64,000 bases of DNA from NCBI RefSeq assembly GCF_009914755.1, contig NC_060947.1. One strand, given 5' to 3'. Below the pieces are notes generated by a model. The model made no database searches. It saw only the letters and a list, made by a program, of their open reading frames with translations, and was not told the DNA's origin. The stretch comes from the human T2T-CHM13v2.0 reference genome, Homo sapiens. The position numbers and the translations under genes were made by a program. Numbering within the stretch: the stretch's first letter is position 1; the number at the start of each line of letters is the position of its first letter. Positions 62,081 through 64,000 of this stretch are shown one piece after another.

Positions 62081-63392
62081 ATAAATACTTATAGCCAACT
62101 GATCTTTGACAAAGCATACAAAAACATAAAGTGGGGAAAGGACACCCTCTTCAACAAATGGTCCTGGGATAACAGGCAAGCCACATGTAGAAGAATGAAA
62201 CTGGATCCTCATCTCTCACCTTATACAAAAATCAACTCAGGATGGATCAAAGACCGAAATCAAAGACCTGAAACCATAAAAACTCTAGAACATAACATTG
62301 GAAAAATTCTTCTAGATATTGGCTTGGGCAAAATTTCATGACCAAGCACCCAAAAGCAAATGCAACAAAGACAAAAATAAAAAAATGGGACCCAATTAAA
62401 CTAAAAACCTTCTACACTACAAAAGAAATAATCAGCAGAGTAAATAGACAACACACAGAGTGGGAGAAAATATTTGCAACCAACGCATGTGACAAACGAC
62501 TAACATCCAGAATCTACAAAGAACACCAACAAATCAGCAAAACTCCCACAAATAAACCCATCAAAAAGAAGGCCAAAGTCATGAATAGACAATTCTCAAA
62601 AGAAGATATATAAATGGCCAACAAACATGAAAAAATGCTCAACATGACTATCAGGGAAATGCAAATTAAAAACACAATGAGATACCACCCTACTCCTGCA
62701 AAAATGGCCATAATTTAAAAATAAAAAATAATAGGTGTTGGTGTGGATGTGGTGAAAAGGGATCACTTTTACACTGCTGATGGGAACATAAACCAGTACA
62801 CTATAGAAAACAGTGTGGTGATTCCTTAAAGAACTAAAAGTAGAACTACCATTTGATCCAGCAATCCCACTACTGTGTATCTACCCAAAGGAAAAGAAGT
62901 CGTTATATGAAAAAGACATTTGCATATGCATGTTTATAGCAGCACAATTTGCAATTGCAAAAATATGGAAGAAACCTAAATGCCCATTAATCAATGAGTG
63001 TATAAAAAAATGTGGTATATATACACCATGGAATACTACTCAGCCCTAAAAAGAAATGAAATAATGCCATTTGCAGCAACTTGGATGGAGTTGGAGATCA
63101 TCATCCTAAGTGAAGCAACTCGGGAATGGAAAACCAAATATCATATGTTCTCATTTATAAGTTGGAGTTAAACTATGAGGATGCAAATGCATGTGAATGA
63201 CATAATGAACTTCGGGGAATCAAGGGAAAGAGTGAGAGGGGGATGAAGGATAAGAGAGTACACATTGGGCACAGTGTACACTGCTCTGGTGAAGGGTGCA
63301 CCAAAATCTCAGAAATCACCACTAAAGAACTTCTCCATGTAACCAAAAACCACCTGTTCTCCAAAAACTATGGAAATAAAAATTAAAAAAAA
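62081..63392 (+). mobile_element. L1PB1/2-like 3' fragment
   Basis: 'aaatacttatagccaactgatctttgacaaagcatacaaaaacataaagtgggg', and 3'UTR 'tgcaccaaaatctcagaaatcaccactaaagaactt..catgtaaccaaaaaccacctgtt' plus an A tail. Confidence 0.9.
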
Positions 63393-63399
63393 TATCATA

Positions 63400-63860
63400 G
63401 CACAATGGATGCAAAAAAAATAGCAACATCCATGTTTGGCAAAAATATTGATCCTGCAAAATTTCAGTACATCACTGATAGGAGTACAAGTTGTTTTAAT
63501 CAATTATGGGAGTAGACTGGAATTATCTAGCTAAAAGGAAGAGGCACACAGCTATGACTTTTAAGTACATACCCCAGAGAAAAATGTGTACATATGCACC
63601 ATAAAATATTCACAAGAACGTTGATAAGAATGTTGTCCTTATTAGCTAAAACTTATACAAAAATCCATCTACCCAAAGGAGGGTATGTACACTCTGTGGA
63701 ATATTATAAGGTAGTGAAAATGCATACATGAAAACTACAAGCAGCAATGTAGTTCAATTTCCAATCATGATGTTGAGTAAATGAAAGAAGATTATACAAA
63801 GTATGTGTGCATGGTTCTTTTGTTACATAAAGCTCTTATTTAGGGAAGCATACCTAAGGG
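63400..63860 (+). mobile_element. Ancient L1ME-type 3' fragment
   Basis: Degenerate 'atacccagagaaaaatgtgtacatatgcacca...tgtggaatattata...catgatgttgagtaaatgaaag'. Confidence 0.55.
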
Positions 63861-64000
63861 AATTTTGTAAAGCCTGTGGCATCTATATTGAAATTCCTTC
63901 TTTTCTAATATATTTAATATTGACAATGTCTGTCACTTCTTGTTTTGTCTGAAATTCTATATTTTGCTATGTTTTAATTGTATTATCATTTTTCTTTTGT

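Overview
This is hominoid (human or great-ape) genomic DNA, judged from AluY, AluS and AluJ, L1PA, THE1, MER9 and an SVA_A. I found no host protein-coding gene, tRNA, rRNA or CRISPR array. Bases 1 to about 12,700 hold mostly ancient repeats (L2, MIR, MER5, MLT) between short unique segments. The rest is dominated by LINE-1 (roughly half the window by my estimate), with nested ERV1, MaLR and ERVK LTRs, Alus, DNA transposons and an SVA. Nearly all ORFs in the track are repeat-derived. The most notable observations are these: (1) an intact, extended L1 antisense ORF0 (15287-14955) with a usable splice donor and candidate downstream minus-strand exons in frame; (2) a 264-bp local templated duplication (33768-34032 copied to 36183-36446) flanked by a 13-bp target duplication; (3) a 59-bp poly(A)-tailed orphan retro-insertion with an 11-bp TSD inside an L1; (4) several chimeric L1 junctions marking ancient deletions; (5) DUX4-type motifs in THE1 and MLT2A LTRs. 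I see no convincing new biological system, and the ORF0-fusion model is a testable hypothesis only. Repeat subfamily names come from recalled consensus sequences and need RepeatMasker/Dfam confirmation.
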